This document shows positions 34,228 through 43,657 of a stretch of DNA of 64,000 bases, one piece after another (the first letter of the stretch is position 1; every line of letters starts with the position of its first letter). The stretch comes from a virus. The position numbers were made by a program, and so were the translations under genes. The DNA lies in the IMG/VR virus record IMGVR_UViG_3300050821_017570, positions 96,001 through 160,000 of that record; one strand, 5' to 3'. The notes below the pieces were generated by a model. The model was given only the letters and a program-made list of their open reading frames with translations. It did no database searches and had not been told where the DNA came from.

Positions 34228-35078
34228 GATGGTTCCTTTTGGACGTTCTCCAACTTCAGACGTTTCAATTCACGATGGTTGAGGGCCTGCTTGCGATAGG
34301 CGCGCCAACCCTTCCCCGCGCACAGAACCTCGTGTGCCTCTATCGGTCGGCCGAAGCCACCGCCGTCGCTGCCATAGAGGACTTGTTCGGCATCCCAGCT
34401 CTGGCAGAGCTGACCGATGATGCTGTACCGGCGCACCAGCAGATCCTCATAGATGCTCGGCTCGCCGGGTTCGAGATACACGTGGTACCAGGTTCCGTTG
34501 ATCCGATGGATCTCAATCGTGGGGTCATCGGTTGGTCTCCGCACGGCCAGGATTCGGGCTGCCCGTACGGCCTGCCAGTCCTGTTGGGCCTTCGGCTTGC
34601 GCCGGTACCGACAGATCCGTCGGCTGCTTGGGTGGACGTAGTACTCGGTTCGGGCCCATCCCTGGCCAGCCGGCTCCCACTTGCCACTGTACCCGCACAC
34701 CTCCAGCTGGGATCCGTTCATGCGGGTCTTGATGTCGATGAAGTCGCCTAGATGCTGGTGAACGTGCTTCTCGATCGTCGTGCCGGTCGGTGAGACCTGC
34801 TGGCAGAGTTCGCTGTAGAAGCGATCCCAGGAGCGACCGAGGTTCTTGTGGATCAGGCCGCGAAGCGCGCCCAGATTCTCGCTGAATCGGCGCTTCTCGT
34901 CCCACAGGAACCGTTTGGTGAACGACTCGTGGCGTGGTTCGAACTCCATCTCGCCATAGTCCTCCCGGTCTTCCGGGTTACGGCTACGGTGGGACTTCTT
35001 CCAACCCTTCGGATACCCGGAGTCACGGGGGCCGCGACGGGCATCCTCGCAAATCACCTTTTTCAGATCCGATCGCAT
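34224..35078 (-). CDS. hypothetical protein resembling an uncharacterised bacterial family (MRxDxxKVI...ENL..L...GRxWD..YSE)
   Basis: Motif recalled from bacterial hypothetical proteins; not verified by search. Confidence 0.7.
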   Translation of the reverse strand: MRSDLKKVICEDARRGPRDSGYPKGWKKSHRSRNPEDREDYGEMEFEPRHESFTKRFLWDEKRRFSENLGALRGLIHKNLGRSWDRFYSELCQQVSPTGTTIEKHVHQHLGDFIDIKTRMNGSQLEVCGYSGKWEPAGQGWARTEYYVHPSSRRICRYRRKPKAQQDWQAVRAARILAVRRPTDDPTIEIHRINGTWYHVYLEPGEPSIYEDLLVRRYSIIGQLCQSWDAEQVLYGSDGGGFGRPIEAHEVLCAGKGWRAYRKQALNHRELKRLKLENVQKEPS

Positions 35079-35099
35079 TGGGTATACTTTACCTGAGGG

Positions 35100-35357
35100 T
35101 TAGAACTGAACTTCCCTGATACGTGAGATGGGTACGCGCTTGTCTTTCACAGGGTCGAATGGACGCCAGTAGTACATCCACATCTCTGCTACGGATGAGT
35201 TGGAACCCATCGACACCGTGATGTCTCGGGCTTGTACTTCCGTATCGTGCATGACTTTGTCGGCTGCGCGTTGGATGATTGCCATCGCTTCCTTATAGTC
35301 AATGTCACTGAGTTCTCCCTCCTCTATCACTAAAACCGAATCCTTTACATACTTCAT
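35100..35357 (-). CDS. hypothetical protein
   Basis: GCAGGAG SD. Confidence 0.65.
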   Translation of the reverse strand: MKYVKDSVLVIEEGELSDIDYKEAMAIIQRAADKVMHDTEVQARDITVSMGSNSSVAEMWMYYWRPFDPVKDKRVPISRIREVQF

Positions 35358-35379
35358 AGATTCTCCTGCAGATGGTGGG

Positions 35380-35631
35380 TTAAGGCTTCGTCAACTCTTG
35401 AACTTTTCGGGCAAGCGGACCGATCTCTGGATCAAGGCCGACTATGCTGCGAAGCGTACGATCCGCTAGCTTGCGAGCGGCTTCCTTGAGGTCCATTTGC
35501 TTATTTGCTTCGACCTCAAGCTGCTTGATTTGTGCCTTGGTATACGCGTGATTCCTTTCTAAAAGTGGAGGGGCCAGATGGAGTCGCACACACCAGAGGT
35601 CAGGCCTAGTGGGCCCAGACCTCACACCCAC
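35380..35631 (-). CDS. hypothetical protein
   Basis: Non-overlapping ORF; start uncertain. Confidence 0.55.
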   Translation of the reverse strand: MGVRSGPTRPDLWCVRLHLAPPLLERNHAYTKAQIKQLEVEANKQMDLKEAARKLADRTLRSIVGLDPEIGPLARKVQELTKP

Positions 35632-35706
35632 GTACCGTTTGCCCGCTAGGGACCGTTACGTGTTCTGGGAAGCCCCATGATCCCCCTCACGTGAGTGGGA
35701 TGAATG

Positions 35707-36369
35707 CTATTGCGGAAGCGCGATCAGCTTGAATTCGCTATTCGGAATCAGCTGGTCCTTCGTCTTGTCGATCGGCTGGTAGCGGGCTACCGTCTTCCCG
35801 GGCCGGCTGACCGCGAAGTCCAGCAGCTGGTCCATCGTCTCCGCCACCGTCGCGAGATTCGAGAACTCCAGGATGCTGTTGTAGCAGAACCAGTCACTGA
35901 TGATCTCGCCATGCAGGCCGGCCTCGGATCCCTGCTTGGTCACGATGCGGACGCAGGTCGCCTTGATCAGCGGAGCATCATCGATCGTATCGGTGATGAA
36001 CCGGTAGCCCAACCGGCCATGCTTGGCCCACACGGGCAGCTTGCGCACCAGGAGGGACCGCAGGAAGCAGTAGGGGGTGAGGCCACAATCCAGGTCGAGC
36101 GACACGTCGAAATACGTGCACCCGGCGGCCGGATTGGTTGGCACGACCGGCAAGATGGTACGCTGAAACAGGTTGCGGAAGTTGGCGCCACGGTAGCCGG
36201 ACCCCTGCTTGATGAACGCCCCATTGATGATGGGTCGCTGGTCGAACAGCCGGACCCCATGGGGGCCGAGATTCATCGTCAGATCGAATGCCTTGGTCAG
36301 ACGGGTCTGAAGGGTCAGTTGGTTGGCACTCGGCTTGATCGCCACGTTGGTTGATTGGGTAGGGGTCAT
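35707..36369 (-). CDS. hypothetical protein
   Basis: 220-aa ORF, ATGA-coupled, strong codon bias. Confidence 0.75.
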   Translation of the reverse strand: MTPTQSTNVAIKPSANQLTLQTRLTKAFDLTMNLGPHGVRLFDQRPIINGAFIKQGSGYRGANFRNLFQRTILPVVPTNPAAGCTYFDVSLDLDCGLTPYCFLRSLLVRKLPVWAKHGRLGYRFITDTIDDAPLIKATCVRIVTKQGSEAGLHGEIISDWFCYNSILEFSNLATVAETMDQLLDFAVSRPGKTVARYQPIDKTKDQLIPNSEFKLIALPQ

Positions 36370-36611
36370 GAGAGAACCTGATAGTAGGTAGAGGTGCGGC
36401 CACGAAAGCTGTGGCGGATACGCAGGAGTTGATCCGTTTGGACCAACTGGTTCAGAATGTGAGCGAGATCGACATAGTCGATCAGATCGTCGGCACCATC
36501 ATAGGGCTGGTAGGCCCGTACGGTGATCGTGCCGACTAATTCATGCTCCTCGACCCCATCGGAGTCACAGAGCACATCGAGAACCAGCCTGGCTAGTTCG
36601 TTATGCGTCAT
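36366..36611 (-). CDS. hypothetical protein (possible winged-helix-like)
   Basis: GGAG SD; short alpha/beta pattern. Confidence 0.6.
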   Translation of the reverse strand: MTHNELARLVLDVLCDSDGVEEHELVGTITVRAYQPYDGADDLIDYVDLAHILNQLVQTDQLLRIRHSFRGRTSTYYQVLS

Positions 36612-36632
36612 ACTGACTCCAATGGGTAAGGA

Positions 36633-36857
36633 TCAGGCTACCTTTTTGATTGGCAAACGTCTGCGCCGTTTTGGTGGCGGGTCACCCATCATCTCGGGTG
36701 GTCGAACACCCTTGTAGCGGGGCAGATGTGGGCACCAGAGTGGCAGGATGATGCGGTCCTGTACCGCTCCGTTGACGATGAACGGATGGATCTCTGGCAT
36801 GACCTTTTTAGGCCACGGAGGGATCCGGCCGTTTTCATCACGCTGAATGATAGCCAT
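36633..36857 (-). CDS. small basic Pro-rich hypothetical protein
   Basis: Non-overlapping ORF. Confidence 0.5.
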   Translation of the reverse strand: MAIIQRDENGRIPPWPKKVMPEIHPFIVNGAVQDRIILPLWCPHLPRYKGVRPPEMMGDPPPKRRRRLPIKKVA

Positions 36858-36862
36858 CTGGA

Positions 36863-37189
36863 TTATTTCTTGTCAATCGTTTGGATGAAGAACTTGATCT
36901 TGAGCAGCAGCTCTTCGAGCGTGTCAGCCCTGAATTCCTGCTCGCCAGATGTTTCACCATTCTTGAATTTGACCGACCCGCTGACCGATGGTTTCCCATC
37001 ATGCATGTAGATGAACATGTAGATGCGTTCCACATGTCGGGATCCGAACGGATCATTGAAAGGCGTGATCGCCTTGGCCTCTGGCGCCGCTCGGGCTGGC
37101 TCCGGCTTGGTTCGTGCCGGTTCCGCCTGAGGGGTGATCACCCGGAGGGTCTGCATGCCAGCATCAAACAATCGCGCAAGTGCGCTCAT
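36863..37189 (-). CDS. hypothetical protein
   Basis: Start trimmed to MSALARL (ATGA coupling). Confidence 0.65.
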   Translation of the reverse strand: MSALARLFDAGMQTLRVITPQAEPARTKPEPARAAPEAKAITPFNDPFGSRHVERIYMFIYMHDGKPSVSGSVKFKNGETSGEQEFRADTLEELLLKIKFFIQTIDKK

Positions 37190-37500
37190 AGTGGACCTTT
37201 GGCTTCGACCGGCAGGTCTTCCGTAGCGATGAAGATCAGATGATCCCCAGGCTCCAGAAGGTCTTGTCGCAGGTCTTGTAGACCCCATCGCTTCATCACC
37301 GTCAGTACCAGCTCCTTATTACGCCAGACCTCTATGATACCGGATACCGCGTAGGGGACCCGGTAGCGATAGAAGTCATCCAGCGTGGTTGGGTTGGCAA
37401 CACGAAACTCTTTCCGATACGCGTGGCCGTTTGGGCCTGCCCAGGTCAGCCAAACCGACATCCTGGGCAGGCCAAACAACCTCAACAGCCATCTAACCAT
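37186..37500 (-). CDS. hypothetical protein
   Basis: Coupled to neighbours. Confidence 0.65.
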   Translation of the reverse strand: MVRWLLRLFGLPRMSVWLTWAGPNGHAYRKEFRVANPTTLDDFYRYRVPYAVSGIIEVWRNKELVLTVMKRWGLQDLRQDLLEPGDHLIFIATEDLPVEAKGPL

Positions 37501-37509
37501 GTGGCTGAA

Positions 37510-37983
37510 TTACGGCTTCACCGGCGTGGACTTCATCTCCTCGTCGATCGCCGCCACCATCGCCTCACCGGCCGTCTCGGGCACCGCTTGGGCCCGAGCC
37601 AACAGGCTGGCGAACCTCTCCACGTCACTGCGATCCACCTTCTCGACCGGAACCTCCGTCATCGGCTCGGTGACGGCCGCCTGATCGGTCGGATACTCCT
37701 CCTGGACCGCATCGATGGCCGCAATCGGAGAACCCGACGGTAGAGCCGATGGGTTGGTCGGAGTGGTGTCGTGCTGACCGATCAGTCGGCGGATCCGGCC
37801 CATCAGCCAGAACCCGACCGCCAGCCCGGCCACCAGCGTGATAAGGGCCAGTCGGGGGTGCCAGGGGTGGTGCAGGTTGTGAGCGAGCCAGCAGGTCACT
37901 AAGACGCTGCCAAACCCCTCAATGATCAGACAGTGCATAAGCACGATCAGACGCATCATGTCGGCAACGGGATTGCGGCTCAT
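37510..37983 (-). CDS. two-TM membrane protein with acidic tail
   Basis: Two hydrophobic helices; GTGA/ATGA overlap. Confidence 0.7.
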   Translation of the reverse strand: MSRNPVADMMRLIVLMHCLIIEGFGSVLVTCWLAHNLHHPWHPRLALITLVAGLAVGFWLMGRIRRLIGQHDTTPTNPSALPSGSPIAAIDAVQEEYPTDQAAVTEPMTEVPVEKVDRSDVERFASLLARAQAVPETAGEAMVAAIDEEMKSTPVKP

Positions 37984-38264
37984 CGGGTCACCCGCGCCTT
38001 CTCGCGCGTCGTCAGTCGGGCCAGCTGGTTGGCCTGACCCAGCAGCTCGGTGACCTTCTCGTGGCGACCCAGCAGGTGGGCCTTACGGGCCTCGGTCAGG
38101 CAGTGGGCACGAGTGCCCCACGACTGACCGGGCTTCTGGGGCCCCTCGGCGAGCGCACGACGCGCGTGGCGTCCCGCCTCGTCGGTCTTCTGGGCCGCTT
38201 GGGCGGCGGCCCGACGGCGCATGTGGCCGTCACCGATCGGAATCTTCGTCGCATGTGCAGGCAT
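37980..38264 (-). CDS. small basic hypothetical protein
   Basis: Preceded by the SD-hairpin element. Confidence 0.7.
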   Translation of the reverse strand: MPAHATKIPIGDGHMRRRAAAQAAQKTDEAGRHARRALAEGPQKPGQSWGTRAHCLTEARKAHLLGRHEKVTELLGQANQLARLTTREKARVTR

Positions 38265-38270
38265 AGTGGT

Positions 38271-38291
38271 CTCCTCCAGGGTTTCTGGAAT
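38271..38291 (-). promoter_or_regulatory. SD-overlapping hairpin element
   Basis: ATTCCAGAAACCCTGGAGGAG before ATG 38264. Confidence 0.7.
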
Positions 38292-38324
38292 CTGTATGGT
38301 GGGTAGGAACGAAACCGAAACCGA

Positions 38325-38930
38325 CTACGACAACCCCAGCCGACGCAGCTGGTCGTCGAGATCCTCATGACCCACGATGAGCTTCCACGCCGCCATCTCG
38401 GCGCGGATCTCCGCTGGCGTCGCGACCCGCAGGTCGGAATCCTGGCTCAGATAGCAGTCTTCGTTCAGCACATGGTCGTCCTGACGGTAGATCACATGGG
38501 CATCGTCGTCTTCGGTCCTAGAGACGATGACGAGACGATCGTCCGAGAAGTCGACCAGACCGACCGAGCCGGCATCCTCGACGATGTAGGCCTGACCGAC
38601 GGCGAAACTGAACGGGTGGTCGGTCTCGTCCTCGGTGTCGTCGTCATCGAGCTTCAGCTTCAGGGCGTCGACCTCGACGTCCATGAGGTTGGCGATCAGA
38701 TGGACGATCGCCTTCTTGTGACCGCTGTCACCGAAATGGGCCTCGATGAGCCCACCCATTCGCTCGGCCCGTCGGGCCGGGCTACCGGCGGCAGCCGGCT
38801 TCGCGGCCTTGGCCGGCTTGGGAGCCGCGGCTGCCGCCATCTTTCGTATCAGGGCGGCGTTGAGACGAAGTGCGGTCTTCTGGATGGCGGTGATCTGGGT
38901 CAGCTTGGTGGGAATGTCAAGATTTGGCAT
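38325..38930 (-). CDS. hypothetical protein with acidic C-terminal domain
   Basis: Start trimmed to MPNLDIP; strong codon bias. Confidence 0.7.
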   Translation of the reverse strand: MPNLDIPTKLTQITAIQKTALRLNAALIRKMAAAAAPKPAKAAKPAAAGSPARRAERMGGLIEAHFGDSGHKKAIVHLIANLMDVEVDALKLKLDDDDTEDETDHPFSFAVGQAYIVEDAGSVGLVDFSDDRLVIVSRTEDDDAHVIYRQDDHVLNEDCYLSQDSDLRVATPAEIRAEMAAWKLIVGHEDLDDQLRRLGLS

Positions 38931-38992
38931 AGTAGGATTCCGTTTCCGACAACGTCGGGGTTGGGTTGGTAGGTGATGAAAACAACAGCAGG

Positions 38993-39238
38993 CTATCTGG
39001 GTAGACGCCACCCATGTTTGCCAAAGCCAGTCAGGCAAAACACAAAGGCGAGCCCGATTGGGCCAAATACACTGAATATGCACGAGAACACCAACCAGTA
39101 ACCAATTCGGCTACGGTTGGTACCCTCGGCCTGTTTGGCTTCGAAAAATGCCCAGAGTAGACCGAGAATGCCCCAAGAGCATCCGACCCACACAAGGTAT
39201 TCGCTCAGCACAACCAGGAAGTGGTGATCGATCAACAT
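38993..39238 (-). CDS. small membrane protein
   Basis: Two hydrophobic helices. Confidence 0.6.
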   Translation of the reverse strand: MLIDHHFLVVLSEYLVWVGCSWGILGLLWAFFEAKQAEGTNRSRIGYWLVFSCIFSVFGPIGLAFVFCLTGFGKHGWRLPR

Positions 39239-39259
39239 GTTGGATTACCGCCTAGCCCG

Positions 39260-39904
39260 TCAGGGTAACTGGCACCCCAGCAGGACTCCGAACAGCTCCT
39301 TGGCCTTCTGCTGCTGGCAGCCAAACGCACCAGGGTTCTTCTCGAACCACTCGTACACTTCTCGGGCCTTCGGATGGCTACGGTTGAGACGCGCCAGCAT
39401 CTCCTCACGGTCCCGCTTGGCCTTCTCTGCCGCTGCGGCTGCCTCACGGGCGGCCTTCTCGATGGCCTCGACACCCGCTCGATTGAACGCACGACGGAAT
39501 CGCGGGTTGGTCATCAGACGGTCACGGCGAGCCTGATTGGGGACCTGATGGAGCCGAAAGATCAGCTTCACCAGTCGGGTCGCGGCAGCGAAGTCATCAC
39601 GGCGGAACCATGGCCAGCTGTACTCGCCTGACCAGGCAGGCGCGTAGCCGTAGGCGAGAGTCGCCGCGTCCACCCGGTCGGCGTAGACGTTGATGATTGG
39701 CGAGGCACAGTATTCGGATTCCGTCCGCTTGAGAATCTCCAGGTAGCTCGCGCAAACCTTGCTACGAAGGCCATCGGGGAATTCGACGACATCGAATTCG
39801 GCCAGACAGGTCAGTTCATGGATGTTGGAAACATTCCAGGTACGCACGGTGGGTCCTTTATCTGAAGAGAAGAGGTGGAAAAAACGACGCAGTGGCGACC
39901 ACAT
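39260..39904 (-). CDS. hypothetical protein, paralog of 42015-42482
   Basis: Shared AYGYA...WP...D.AA.TR.VK..F and PGA.GC...LLG blocks. Confidence 0.75.
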   Translation of the reverse strand: MWSPLRRFFHLFSSDKGPTVRTWNVSNIHELTCLAEFDVVEFPDGLRSKVCASYLEILKRTESEYCASPIINVYADRVDAATLAYGYAPAWSGEYSWPWFRRDDFAAATRLVKLIFRLHQVPNQARRDRLMTNPRFRRAFNRAGVEAIEKAAREAAAAAEKAKRDREEMLARLNRSHPKAREVYEWFEKNPGAFGCQQQKAKELFGVLLGCQLP

Positions 39905-39910
39905 GACTGG

Positions 39911-40237
39911 TCAAACCAGACAGTGGATGACCCACAGGATCATCATCGTCATGAGCGGTGTGAATATCGCGTACGCCACCACGAAGGCATACTCGTTGTC
40001 CTGCTTCGGCGTCACTGGGGCTGGCCAGATCATGCCGATGAGGATACGCAGCAGGATCGCCTGCTTGAAGCTCAGCATGGGAAGCGCGAACGGCAGGAGC
40101 GGCATGAACCACTCCCACGCCTTGAACGTCAGCAGCCCCCACAGGAGGACTGAAAACGGCATCATCAGAAAGATCAAGCACATCAGGCCGATTGCTGACA
40201 TGAGCTTGTCGAACGAATCGGTAGAATGGTCAGACAT
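39911..40237 (-). CDS. membrane protein
   Basis: Three hydrophobic segments; SD-hairpin upstream. Confidence 0.75.
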   Translation of the reverse strand: MSDHSTDSFDKLMSAIGLMCLIFLMMPFSVLLWGLLTFKAWEWFMPLLPFALPMLSFKQAILLRILIGMIWPAPVTPKQDNEYAFVVAYAIFTPLMTMMILWVIHCLV

Positions 40238-40243
40238 TTGAAT

Positions 40244-40264
40244 CTCCTCTGGCGGTGCCAGAAT
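40244..40264 (-). promoter_or_regulatory. SD-overlapping hairpin element
   Basis: ATTCTGGCACCGCCAGAGGAG before ATG 40237. Confidence 0.75.
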
Positions 40265-40290
40265 TGGTTGGTTGGGTGGATTGAAGCCTA

Positions 40291-40659
40291 CTACCGCACG
40301 GTCTCGAAACGGGTCGCCAGAAACCGATCGGACGGCTTCTCGACGAACCGTATGACGTCACGATCCACGAACCTGGCGAAGCGCCAACTGTCCTTGGTCA
40401 GCGCGACCCGGTATTCCTCAGCCTGCGCGGTATCGGCATGCAGGGGAACCAGGATGACGCGCACCCGACGGGTCGGATGCTCCGGAGTCGACTCGATCAG
40501 ATGGAATCGGGCGGCGAAACGGATCCGACGGTTTCCGATGAGGGAGCGATCGAGATCCAGCATCAGAAGACCAGCGGAGTAGGGGCCGAAAAACTGCCGG
40601 AACAGTCGTTCGGCCTCTTCGCGCGAAATCAGGTTGAGGGGTTGGGTATCGGTTGGCAC
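40291..40659 (-). CDS. hypothetical protein
   Basis: Start moved to GTG 40659, 6 nt after the SD-hairpin. Confidence 0.7.
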   Translation of the reverse strand: MPTDTQPLNLISREEAERLFRQFFGPYSAGLLMLDLDRSLIGNRRIRFAARFHLIESTPEHPTRRVRVILVPLHADTAQAEEYRVALTKDSWRFARFVDRDVIRFVEKPSDRFLATRFETVR

Positions 40660-40665
40660 GGAAGC

Positions 40666-40686
40666 CTCCTCTGGCTGAGCCAGAAT
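40666..40686 (-). promoter_or_regulatory. SD-overlapping hairpin element
   Basis: ATTCTGGCTCAGCCAGAGGAG. Confidence 0.75.
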
Positions 40687-40700
40687 CATAGGTTGGTTGG

Positions 40701-40907
40701 TTATCCTTCTTCGTAGTCGGGACACTTCTGGGCCTGCTCCATCTTCACGGACAGCTCGACCCGTACGTCATTTTCAGACGTTGACAGCTCCCAATGCCGT
40801 TTTAGGCAGGTGATTGAGCTGTCCATGCCAGGCGTGACATCTGAGTATCCCGCATACCCGAGGTCTACCTGACAATGCCGACACTTGAGGCAATGGTGTT
40901 CGCTCAT
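40701..40907 (-). CDS. small Cys-rich protein (CLKCRHC...C...C)
   Basis: Start 40907 by ATGA coupling. Confidence 0.6.
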   Translation of the reverse strand: MSEHHCLKCRHCQVDLGYAGYSDVTPGMDSSITCLKRHWELSTSENDVRVELSVKMEQAQKCPDYEEG

Positions 40908-41656
40908 GCGAAATATAGATCTTTTGCTATGCATTTCATCAGATCCAATCGGCTGTGGGTACCATCTGAGCAATGACGTCCATTACGGTGCCACACGCTC
41001 TGTACAACACGATTACCGAGACGATGGCCATGCCAATACCATTCGGATCGGCTTATGTTGTCTCGTTCCAAGTCGAGTTCCCATACGGTACCTTCACGAT
41101 CCACCCAGCGGCTAGCCAACTCGATGGGCTCACCAGTCAGCCAATGGCGTGGACCAGTGGACTCGTCCTTTGTCTCCATTTCTGGTACGTTGACAAGATC
41201 GTCATCGTCCCCTGGATAGCGCTTGGTCGTACCGTCGGCATAACGCTCTTCTATGATCTCATAGTTTGATTCACGTATCGCTACGGCGATCGGGTGCACT
41301 CCCAACAGATCCGTGGCAAGGATACGCGCCTTGCGCCCATCCCGTGTCTGTACTGGTTTCTTTGGATCGAACGGCATCTTCTGGTCAGGTGTCTTCTGAC
41401 CCGGCATCTCGACCAGAGAGATGAGGTTGTGGTGGTCCGACTTGTTGAGAAAGGCGTGCCCATCAAGGGTCCAACTCACAGAGCTGGCACCAGAGGCGCT
41501 GAACAGAAGTCCGCACCACCGCATTCTGCTGAGTTCATGCCCCAAGGACGCGCCGGTGATAAGGGCGATGCATCCCGCCTCACCGGTGGTCCAGTACTGA
41601 CCGACCTCGATTTTCAAACCGGTACCGAAATGATGTCCCACATTGCTATCCGGCAT
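40904..41656 (-). CDS. protein made of three tandem GQxW/TRDG-type small domains
   Basis: IEVGQYW...NLISL; KPVQTRDGRKARI...DLVNV; SRWVDREG...DLMKC; start moved to ATG 41656. Confidence 0.75.
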   Translation of the reverse strand: MPDSNVGHHFGTGLKIEVGQYWTTGEAGCIALITGASLGHELSRMRWCGLLFSASGASSVSWTLDGHAFLNKSDHHNLISLVEMPGQKTPDQKMPFDPKKPVQTRDGRKARILATDLLGVHPIAVAIRESNYEIIEERYADGTTKRYPGDDDDLVNVPEMETKDESTGPRHWLTGEPIELASRWVDREGTVWELDLERDNISRSEWYWHGHRLGNRVVQSVWHRNGRHCSDGTHSRLDLMKCIAKDLYFA

Positions 41657-41662
41657 ACTCTG

Positions 41663-41683
41663 CTCCTCTGGCTGAGCCAGAAT
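41663..41683 (-). promoter_or_regulatory. SD-overlapping hairpin element
   Basis: ATTCTGGCTCAGCCAGAGGAG, identical to 40666-40686. Confidence 0.75.
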
Positions 41684-41689
41684 CATGGG

Positions 41690-41989
41690 TTAGTCGTTGG
41701 TGAGTTCGTACGTGCGAGGGTTGATACGGTAGAAGCGCATCCAGCCGTGTTGGAGCCCACCGTACTGGTAACAGGACACCATCAGGCGATGAAAGGAGCG
41801 GCCGGCTGGGTCGGTGACCCTGAAGACCCCGATCTCGACCAGGAAGTGCCCGAACCGCATGCTGGTGCTCTGGCAGCCTGTCTGGTCGAGATCAACCTTC
41901 GGGTCACTGATCCATTCGCGATACCGGGTGAGACAAGCGTCCAAAACCGCCACCTGGGCAGGCAGCTGGTGTTTTACAGGTTTTTCCAT
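41690..41989 (-). CDS. hypothetical protein, paralog of 42516-42812
   Basis: F.RLMV..Y...F.RI....Y/F.LT shared. Confidence 0.7.
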   Translation of the reverse strand: MEKPVKHQLPAQVAVLDACLTRYREWISDPKVDLDQTGCQSTSMRFGHFLVEIGVFRVTDPAGRSFHRLMVSCYQYGGLQHGWMRFYRINPRTYELTND

Positions 41990-42014
41990 ACTGCCTCCCT
42001 GGGTGGCTGGGTTG

Positions 42015-42482
42015 TTAGAACTTGACGCCGAGCAACTCCTCCACCACCGCGATCACGCCGGTACGGTGGCAGCCGTAGGCGCCCGGATGGGCTTCGAGGT
42101 ATTCGTGAATCCGACGCGCGTTCGCCGGCATACGGGCCAGCCGTGCGGCCTCTGCCTTGGCGGTCTCAGGCCGGTAGGCAAACAACGCCTTGACCATTCG
42201 GGTCAGAGCCGCCATATCACCCTTACGTGACTCTGGCCAAACACCATCTGGTGCGGCGTATCCGTAAGCCTCGGCGGCAAACTGACAGATCTTTCTGTCG
42301 TCGTCAGTACCGAGTATGGCCTTAATCGGTGCGCGGTTGTCATAGCCGTTGCAGTCGAGAAAACACTCGGTGACAGTCGACGTGTAGGTATCTGTCTTGT
42401 GTCGGAACTGAACCGTATCGCCCCGCTTCAGCTGCCGACAGCGGCTGATGTTGGCGGACGTCCATGTGGTTTTTCTGGCCAT
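42015..42482 (-). CDS. hypothetical protein, paralog of 39260-39904
   Basis: See 39260-39904. Confidence 0.75.
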   Translation of the reverse strand: MARKTTWTSANISRCRQLKRGDTVQFRHKTDTYTSTVTECFLDCNGYDNRAPIKAILGTDDDRKICQFAAEAYGYAAPDGVWPESRKGDMAALTRMVKALFAYRPETAKAEAARLARMPANARRIHEYLEAHPGAYGCHRTGVIAVVEELLGVKF

Positions 42483-42515
42483 ATAGTGGTTTCTATGGTT
42501 GGTGGTGTGGGAAGA

Positions 42516-42812
42516 TCAGATGGGGGTGAGATCGAAATTCTTCTCGATCCGAAAGAAGTGGAGACGCAACCGATCGGTTTTGTGCTCGTCACGCAGGTAG
42601 AGCGCTACCATCAGACGGTTGAACTGGTGTCCGTTACGGACTCCATAGTCGACGAATAACTCGATGATATACTTGCGGCCGTATCCGTACGAGATCCTAA
42701 CCCCGCGGAGTGCGTCGAGGTTACGTTGGGGCGTCTCGATCGCGTGCCTGAAGAGTGTTTCTGCCTGATCGAGGTAGGCAGTCACACAGGGTATACCGGT
42801 TTGGTTTGGCAT
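42516..42812 (-). CDS. hypothetical protein, paralog of 41690-41989
   Basis: See 41690-41989; CAGAGGAG SD. Confidence 0.7.
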   Translation of the reverse strand: MPNQTGIPCVTAYLDQAETLFRHAIETPQRNLDALRGVRISYGYGRKYIIELFVDYGVRNGHQFNRLMVALYLRDEHKTDRLRLHFFRIEKNFDLTPI

Positions 42813-42829
42813 GTGGGCTCCTCTGGCGG

Positions 42830-43033
42830 TTATATCAGAACCACAACGTCGAGCTGATTGGGTTGGATGGAGGCAACTCTGGCTTCCCTGACATCCGCAA
42901 CCGCTCGTGCTACTTCTAGTGAGCTGAAGCGAGTCGCATCGCGGGCCGCATCATGCCAACCACCGTCCGTCACATCATAGAAGCGAAAATGCTGAGAGTC
43001 AGGTCCGGGAAAGGGTCGGGCGACAACAAACAT
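42830..43033 (-). CDS. hypothetical protein
   Basis: SD-hairpin upstream. Confidence 0.7.
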   Translation of the reverse strand: MFVVARPFPGPDSQHFRFYDVTDGGWHDAARDATRFSSLEVARAVADVREARVASIQPNQLDVVVLI

Positions 43034-43038
43034 AGCGT

Positions 43039-43059
43039 CTCCTCTGACAGTGTCAGAAT
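43039..43059 (-). promoter_or_regulatory. SD-overlapping hairpin element
   Basis: ATTCTGACACTGTCAGAGGAG (compensatory G-C to A-T pair). Confidence 0.75.
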
Positions 43060-43068
43060 TGTTGATGG

Positions 43069-43605
43069 TTAGAAACAGATTCCGTACCAGATCGAATCCC
43101 TAGATCGGGTTGGGACCAACCCAACCAGCTCGCTAGGAATGAATCCATAGGAGGGGTAGCAGGTTGGGTCAAATGGCGATGGCGCGCGGAACCTCGGGGT
43201 CAGTCGTACCTGAGCCACCATGTCTAAAAACTGATCGATCGACATGTTGTCTTTGAGTCGGTTACACCGAAGACAAAGAGGTCGAAGGTTATTGATGTCA
43301 TTACGACTACCGTAGGGGCATTTCGACCGTGGTACAATATGGTCCAGGGTCATCCGCTCCCCACTGTCCGTGTAGAGACCGAAGTGCCAGAAGCCATCCT
43401 GCATGGTGGGTCGGAAATGCGTTCCCACCACGCCGCAACCATAGCAGGTCTGACCAAGCTTGTGAAACATCCTGAGTTTCTCACGGTTCCTTTGACCGAA
43501 CCCAAACATCATCCCATCGATCTGCATGGGCGTGGAGATCTGTCCCTTTATGAGATCGAAAACAAAGCTGAGCGGATAGCGCACCTCTCCTGATGCGATC
43601 AGCAT
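43069..43605 (-). CDS. HNH endonuclease
   Basis: CYGCG...TLDHIVPRSK...NLRPLCLRCNRLK; start moved to ATG 43605 (GAGGAGG SD). Confidence 0.85.
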   Translation of the reverse strand: MLIASGEVRYPLSFVFDLIKGQISTPMQIDGMMFGFGQRNREKLRMFHKLGQTCYGCGVVGTHFRPTMQDGFWHFGLYTDSGERMTLDHIVPRSKCPYGSRNDINNLRPLCLRCNRLKDNMSIDQFLDMVAQVRLTPRFRAPSPFDPTCYPSYGFIPSELVGLVPTRSRDSIWYGICF

Positions 43606-43657
43606 GGTTACCTCCTCGGGCAGCGCCCGAATCGTGGGTTGAAAGAAACGTAACCTC

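Noticed and set aside
37510-37983. Holin call for the two-TM protein
   Set aside because: No endolysin or spanin nearby; several other small membrane proteins are equally plausible.
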